From positions 930,001 through 987,993 of the forward strand of contig JAPETS010000005.1 in assembly GCA_026023565.1 (NCBI GenBank): a stretch of 57,993 nt of DNA, read 5' to 3'. The notes beneath the pieces were generated by a model. The model searched no databases and had not been told where the DNA came from. It saw only the letters and a program-made list of their open reading frames with translations. The first letter of the stretch is position 1; each line of letters opens with the position of its first letter. The position numbers were made by a program, and so were the translations under genes. Shown here in pieces: positions 50,404 through 57,993 of this stretch. Source of the stretch: Cirrosporium novae-zelandiae. Its lineage: Eukaryota.

Positions 50404-52734
50404 ATAGTGTCATTCAAGAAACCACTTATCAGGCTGGGAAAGCAAATCAAGAGCTCGTGCAAACTTACTGTATGTGCTATTTCTACGGAACCAGCGATAT
50501 ACTTTTGGTTGTTTCCCTGATCTGGTATCAAAGCTAAGATAAATAGTTGCGACACTTAAGACTTCGACAAATATTACTAGTCTTATCCCTAGCCACGAAT
50601 ACGACATCTCGGCGCAACTGCATGAGATTCAAAGTATTACCACTGAAGAACTAATACCGGATCAAAGTCTACCATCGGCGAGGAAGCTATAGCCTCCTAT
50701 GACTCAACAATCAATGGGACCATTGAAAGTCAAGGGGGTGATCTCGAAAAGCATACCACCCTAATTACCGACATCACTTCTTCTAATAACGTCTCTTCTG
50801 TTATCAACCTTGATTACGTCCCTATATCTACTTCTCAAGACCCACCTTCCTTGCTCACAGATCCCCCCCTTCAACTAGCAGACCATTTTCTTTCTCACGT
50901 CGCAAGCAATAAAGAGAGTTATGTGAACATGTTCAACTCACATCCTAAACTTGTTGAGACCGAAAGATCCAACTTAATTGATGAACTTGACTGCCTTGAT
51001 CAATGCCTAAACGAGAGTCGAGCTTGCCCCAAAGAACACAAAAAGCAGGCCACCAATCAAGGTGGCCTTGGTCAAGATACATTATCTGCAACCGTGAGAC
51101 ATGAATGGCCTGACTTTGTTTCGCTCTGTGGTGTAGCACAGACGCCCCATTCAAACCACTTCAAAATCCCATCACCATTTTCATCCCTCGATCCTATCGA
51201 TATCGGACACACATACCAACGTCAGATAATGGATCCTGAATCTAAAGTGGGAAACTCGGAGGAAAATCTCAAGTTTGCTAAGGCAGAGCTAGTGTCCTTA
51301 AAAGAAGACAAGACTCGTATGATGAAAAAATACGAGATTGATATGATTATAAAAAGACTTGAGGTCATAAGAAATAGACTTATGACCTCTGGGTGTAGCA
51401 TTGATGGGTCCCGTGCTACTCTGACTGAGAAGAGCAAAGCTTTGGAGGTTGAGCTTATTGATATGAAGCAGCTGAATGCTGGGCATATCTGCCAATGCCG
51501 CTATGGGGAGAACAGTTCTACAGCACCAAAGCCTGAGAGAATGACTGTGGCATTTAAGTTGGATAATGATGGTAATATCGCCACCGACGTTCATGAATTC
51601 GAAGACACGAGCTTGGAGATGAGTGGAGAGCCGACTGAAGAAAGTCGAGAAAATTTCCCAGAAGTTTCTAAAAAGGTATGGAGTGAGGAGAGCAAATATA
51701 CCAAGGATAGTATGAATGCAGATCACATACATGACCTTATAACCGGATTTGTCGATAATAGCGACGACCGAAGTGCCTATCCTAAGAATTCCAATTCCAA
51801 CGATAGACTTTCTGACAACAGAGCTTCTAACAACACCGATTCTGAGCCTGGCGACTTTAAAAGTCCCTATGTTGCAGAATTAGAACGACGTCTTAAGGAT
51901 GCCGAGCAGAAGAATGCCATCCTCAAGCAACTAAATACTAATATAAACATCTCTTCTCAAAAACAGTCACTGAAGATCGCCATGCTCAACAAGGAAATCT
52001 ATACACTAGAAGAATACAAGTCGCGCAATCTCAACAACCTCATTCTCACTAGCTGCGATGCATATCACATCAGAGAGAGCTCTAACCCGATGAAACTTTG
52101 TCTTAAACATGCAATCCAGCACATCACTTTCCTAGGCAAAGAAAAAGTCATGTACAAAGAACGGTGCGAGGAACGGCTTAAGACAATTAAGCAACTCCGT
52201 AAAGTGAATACTGAGTCTAGATTCTGGTTTGATAGTGAGCTCTCGTATCTTAAAGATCAAGTCAAGGCTATTATGTTAGAGAAGGAAAATGCTATCAAGA
52301 CATGCGAAGAACAGAAATTAATGATCGAGTTCCTTAAAGAGCAACCCTGGAGAACAGGCCTAAAACCACGCCATCAGAGTACCTAGAAGATTTTTGAGGA
52401 CGACCTTGCACAACCAGAAACTGCACCCCCTATCCTTTTCGAAATATTACTCTTTGGCCCAACAGCAGGCAGAATATGCCTCTGATATATGAACAGGAGA
52501 ATATTTACTATGATGACTATATCAAATACTCTACCAATGAATATAATAGCTATGATTCTGATCGATCGGTACGACGGCCTTGGTAGCTACGACCGCTTCG
52601 AGATATACCAGGACGCTAGAAGATACAAGTATCATAAATATCTCCCACTGCAGGAAGGCTTGTCGAACGAGGATGACGACTATCAGATCGGTCATGAATT
52701 CAGCACTATAATGGAAGAGGATGAAGAAGGGTGA
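50404..52734 (+). pseudogene. Decayed paralog of the 54370-56522 coiled-coil gene (a long internal ORF remains open, 50647-52386)
   Basis: The 66-nt exon 1 (IVSFKKPLIRLGKQIKSSCKLT) matches MVSLKKTLTSISKSIRSAVKKS but starts ATA. Frameshifts follow the intron. Shared core AYHIRESSNPMKLCLKHAIQHI vs AYSIRESLDPTELLIKHALHQI. Similarity continues past the TAG at 52384 (KIFEDD, LRPL, IMEEDEE). Confidence 0.75.
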
Positions 52735-54369
52735 GCCATTCAATGTGGGTTATACCTTGTAGGAGGGATATACCTAGAGGCTAGGAAATGCATGCTAGAA
52801 GTTTGGAGTTAGGCGTTATACGTGGATTGAAACCTCTAACCTCAATACATATCTCGCTAACAATCACTGATATATTGTTTAGAGTGTTAGATAATCACGA
52901 TAAAATTAGAAGGATGGATGAAGGGTGAAGAAGTCTAAATAGAGGTACCTCAGACTGTCTTTGAATGGAAAAGCTACCTCCAAGTTTTGATTCTTGATGG
53001 AATCTAGGGATATCAACCAACGATGATGTCAATTGCTTTCCCCTCATACTTCATGGAGCATTGGTCACTCAGCATGATACAGAAATTATTTTCAGTCTTT
53101 TTTGTTTCAATGCTTAGGTACAATGATTATATCCTTGGAAGCTATACTGACGAAGAATTATACACAAGCTGTAGAGATGAAAGCAACATCTACATCCGCC
53201 TACTCCTACTCCTCCACTTTACCTTTCTATCCTCAACCCCAACCCACCAACCCCCGTAGAATTTCCCACTCTTCGAGCTCCCATCCACCACAATGACTTG
53301 AATTCTTTCTAAGAACGCGTCCATACATATATGCATATACGTACATGTTGATATATGTTATTATTAACAATGCCTATTGTTCTTGATGGAATTATCAATA
53401 GTTTTTCCGAGTGTTGGTTGGTGCCTGTTGTTGTGTCATAATGGGTGGTGTTGCTAGGGAGGGGGTATGTGTTACGCACTCCAAGAGTATTTATTTCCCC
53501 CTTTGTCTCCTTCTTCTCTTCTGATCTAGCTCTCTACATTTCTTCAAGCTCGTTGAAACTCTCTCTGCAAGATTCTACCATCTTTGACAAAGCATCCGCA
53601 ATACGATACCATCCCATCGGTCAGAAGTTTTGTCATCTCTCTAAAGATTACCCCTACCTCCTTTTCCGACCTCTCCAACCACACCTATCCACCCTCGAGA
53701 CACAAGGACATCTTAGACACCATTACCTTCAAACTCGGCCTAGTCTACCACAAAAGCGCATCAACCCCTCTCATACTTCCAACCCTTCGTCCAAGTAGTC
53801 GAAGTTCTACACAGAAACTTGCAACCAGAGTATCATTCTCATTTCTGAAAGCTACAACCACCACCAGACGGTTTTCACTGAAACTCTGTAAGTCCCCATC
53901 TCTTCATCCCTTAAGGAACAAGATTTTCTAGGAGCATACAGTACACCACTACTATCTTGCTATCCTCTTGGAGATGAAAATCTCTACGCTCTTCCCATCT
54001 CACACCCAACCTAACCCCATAACGCGTAGAGCATTCCAACTAACCTCCACTTCATGTTCGCAGCAGGCTATTAGAGCTACTGAACGAGAACGAATCATCT
54101 ATTCCTCTAACAAATCGGTCGATACAATCACTATCCTTTAGAAATAACTCCACTACAACCAGATTCAATATTTTTAAGTTGATTCCCCCTTCCCCCTTTC
54201 TTTCTCTCCCCCCTTTACAGATCATCAAAGTACTAGAAATACCTCCCGTGCTACTCAGTCATATACCCCCGCATTCTCCCATAATACCCAGACGGGACTT
54301 CTTACCTACACGTGCGATCACCTACTAACACCTTCATAGATTGAATAGGAGATACTTCACGTCTCCAGA

Positions 54370-56522
54370 ATGGTATCCCTCAAGAAGACCCTCACCAGCA
54401 TCAGCAAGAGTATCCGATCAGCCGTGAAGAAATCTGTAAGTCCTATCTCTCTTCAAATCTGCCACCCCGTCGTTAACCACCCCTCCTCGATTCTCGATTA
54501 AAGCTAACTGTCCCCTAGGCAAAGGTCACTGCTCATAGAGTAAAGGTCCTGTTGGTGCCTAGTTACTATTCCTCAACTGCGCGGGGCACTACCATTCCAC
54601 GCATCCTCATAACGCGGCCGGATGAGAGGTCCAATGATGACCCAATTTTACCTTACCAAAATCCGTCGTTTCTCTACGTACCTAACCCAAACTTTCTTTT
54701 GTCCCCCAGGGATGAGAACGTCGATGATGATGTTGCTGAAGAGCATACTATACCTAACATTATCATTACTCCTCTAACTCCTACCATACCTTCATCTCCT
54801 CAAGATGCAAACATACAGTCTGAGCAACACAGCAATGAGCATTCTGATATCACCTCCTCGACCACACCTGAGCTTAAATCACCAGCTCAATCATCTCCAG
54901 ACCCTACCGTCATCCGCACCGAGTCCAGCTACGCAGAACAGCTATCCCAAACCAAAGATGACCTACAAGCAGCGATTACCGAGCTCGACAGCTTGGAATC
55001 CAAAGTAGAATCTCTCCAGGAAAATAGAAGCCGCATGCTAGGGATCATCGAAGGGAGCGCAACCATCATTGCGAAAGAGGAGATCATGAGAAAGGATTTG
55101 ATGTGCGAGTTGCGTGCACAGGAAGAGTCTCAGGCTGTCCTAGTAAGCCGGAACCAGAAGTTGGAAGCTAAACTAGCAAAGCTCAAGCAGCAGAGTCTTG
55201 ATAGGTCTAAAGAGACTTTAAGTCCCAAGGGCAAGAGTGTCCATTTTGAGCTGGGTCGGGACGAGAACCTCGTTGTCAGTGTTCGGGAGATCGACGATCC
55301 TAATGCATACTCGGACGAGGGGGCCGATAAAGAATTAAACGAAGAAAACGACGAATTTCATACTGCCATCTGGAAAGACCTACAAGAAAGTGTGAACGCA
55401 GAAGCGAATGATAACATCCTTATCAAGTTTATTGATGGCGAAATATCCATTACGGAAACCGAAATCAGCGCTACCACAAGCACCGCACCCAACATCACAG
55501 ACCCCAAAAGCTCCAACTCCAAAGGCAAAATCTCGAATCACGAAACCAACGATGCCACCGAGCTAACAAAGCGCCTCGAAGCCACCGAAAAGAAGCTCGA
55601 AGCAGCCCAGCAACTGAACGAGAAAATCTCCGAATCCAACTCAGATCTATCCCAAGAAATCGCAGAACTCCACTCCGAACTCCACAAACTCGAAACCATC
55701 AAAGACCGCAGCCTAACAACCCTCGCCGCATACTCAATCCGGGAGAGCCTCGACCCCACCGAACTCCTCATAAAGCACGCCCTACACCAAATCCACGACC
55801 TCGAGGAAGAGAAAACAGAATACCAAGACTGGTGCAAAGAGCAACTAGACACGATCGATAAGCTGAAAGGGGAATACCAACAGCTGTACGACGATAACGA
55901 GGAGCTCAGGAAGATGAAAGCGAGAGTCACCGTCGAATGCGATGAGAAGGATATTGAAATCCTGGAGCTTAAGGAAAGGTTGATTAAAACGAGGATTGAG
56001 AAACGTGTTGCGTTGAAGGAAGTAGAGAGTAAAGGATTGTTGTCGCCAGCGGAGGGGAAATCAGCGCTCGAAAGCGCGAATAAGGAGCTTCGAACTCTAA
56101 GAGTTGAGGTGATGGAGGCTAGAAGGGAGAGAGATGAGTCGGATGAGATGGTTAGGGAACAAGCGTTGATGATTGGGGCGCTTGAGAAGGGACTTTCCAA
56201 CAGCAGCGTGAACAATGGGAAAAGACGCGCCCACAGTGACTTTACGGTTTTTAAGGACGACGATTTCGACACTCATTATAATGGCACGAAAACTCAAAGG
56301 TCACTACGACCTCTCCCTATTCCCCCGATACCGACACCGACATTCAACACCAAGACAAACGCACTCAGCCCCAATATCCATACCCACAACGTCCTATCCA
56401 CCACCCCCAAGAATCTCAAGCGCAGAGAAAATAAAAGGCACGGGAGTAATAGTGAGGATTATTTTCTTAAACTTGGTGAAGAGGGAAGGGGTGATTTGGG
56501 TGTTATTGTTGAGGAGGAGTAA
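54370..56522 (+). CDS. Coiled-coil hypothetical protein, ~689 aa; exons 54370-54435, 54519-56522
   Basis: ATG at 54370, GTAAGT..GCTAAC..TAG intron in frame with the long ORF, extended heptad-like Glu/Lys/Leu-rich segments. Confidence 0.85.
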
Positions 56523-56799
56523 GGGGGATGAGTGAGTGGGTGAGTGAAGGGGGTGGGAGTTGGCATCTGCAGGTGCGGAGGTGGATGTATCTATCTTTCT
56601 CTCGAGAGAGAAGGGGGGGGGTTACAAGTCGATGGAATTGCATCATCAACGACTTTTACGGGAGTATGGACGAAAAGCACAAAGTCATCGGACGGTACGA
56701 CTGTCTCTGCCTCTGTCTCTCTGCTTCTGTTTTTTTTTTTGTTGTTTGGAAAGCCAGGTTTTCATGAGTAAGTCCCCCAAAGCAACCCTTTTACGCGTT

Positions 56800-57993
56800 A
56801 GCTAATGTATGTATTCCTAAGATTTATGGAATATGGGATATGATGGGCTGGATGGTTGGATATGGGGTTATAGGCTATGGGTTCCGAGTTATGGGTTATG
56901 GGTTATGGGTTATGGTTTATGGAATATGGCTTATCATGGGAGGGATAAGATAAATGGGAGAATGGTGTGGAGTCGAGCAGGAGGAAAGGGAGCACGATAT
57001 TAATTCCCCCTCTTTTTTTTATGTTTTCTAAATGATACCCCTTATCCTTATTTTTTTTATCCTTATCCTTAATCTTATTACCTATAGTCTAATTATTGAA
57101 TTTGGGCTGTTATTCGTGTTTAAGTAATTATAACCCCCCAACATCCATCACATACATATCCATTTAAAAAGTTCCATCATCTATCTACCCCCATTATTAA
57201 CTCACCAAATCACCACATCACCACATCACTAAACTTTCAAACCTTAATATCTAAAACATCTAACCACCCCCCCACTCCTTATTTTTTTTTGTTTTAGGAT
57301 GATATAACAAAAGAAAGAAAGAGTCGTGAGGTGTAGTTAAATGTAGTTAATGGGCGGATTATCTCTTTCTTTCTCCCCTTCTCCTATCTTTCTTTTTTTT
57401 TGGGGGGGGGGGGGGGGGGATGGGATAGGTTTCAATAATCCGATAATATATCATTTTTATATACAAACCGGTCAAATAAAAAAAAAAAAAAAAAGGTTGC
57501 GAAAGAAATAAACCTAAAAAATATTATTTTTATATATTCCTTATCCTGCATTAATTCTTCCCTTCCTGCTTCCTCCCTCCCCTATTTATCTACCTACCTA
57601 CTTTTCCAATAATCCAGCAATCTAAACAGTCTAACACCGGTAGGTACCGACATTGATTGTGTTATAGGTTGCTCATGAGCGAGTAATTACAAAGTAACTA
57701 TACAAGATAGTTATAAGCGCTTAACCCAAAAAGCGGTTAGGGTTGAATGTCTAGAATCGCTTATAAGTAGGATAGATAGATAAGTATTTCATTAGATTAA
57801 TGGATCATCATCATCATCATTACAATCCCGAAAGAGTATATCACACACACACATAATTTGCATATCCCCATTATTTTATCCATCCCTAACCCCTAACCCT
57901 CTAATCATCTAAACCTAACCTAACCTAACATATCTAGACATCATATTCCCTGTATATTGTAATTAGGAAAATAGTAGAGTGAAGGTCTTATAC
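56800..57993. repeat. Low-complexity microsatellite-rich intergenic tract
   Basis: (GGGTTAT)n at ~56888-56920, poly-T/poly-G/poly-A, (CAT)n, (CA)n, (CTAAC)n. Confidence 0.8.

Noticed and set aside
53445..54300. Third paralog or gene between the coiled-coil copies
   Set aside because: Fragmented frames with no alignable similarity by eye.

Overview
Eukaryotic, intron-containing DNA from a filamentous ascomycete (Pezizomycotina-type GT..CTRAC..AG introns, microsatellite-rich intergenic tracts). About 17 protein-coding loci are supported. Recognisable ones: THI4 with an intronic TPP riboswitch, a cupredoxin-like membrane protein, a Mep ammonium transporter, an acidic GH28 endopolygalacturonase, ISN1 (with micro-exons), ETR1, phosphofructokinase, MED17/SRB4, a secreted metallophosphoesterase and a Cst26-like acyltransferase. 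The rest are hypothetical proteins, including a tandem coiled-coil paralog pair whose first copy is a pseudogene. Highlights: (i) the THI4 riboswitch shows a directly visible 11/12-nt pairing between the aptamer and an alternative 5' splice site that controls uORF retention. (ii) A repeat-rich accessory island (~19.8-30.6 kb) carries two small MITE-like families. These bracket a HeLo/SesA-like + ubiquitin-like + Zn-ribbon + ankyrin gene with no NTPase domain, and a probably inactive caspase-fold gene lies at the island's right edge. (iii) Two ORFs lie only 28 nt apart inside a cluster of Lys/Pro-rich products. All family assignments are from motif recognition by eye; no searches were run.
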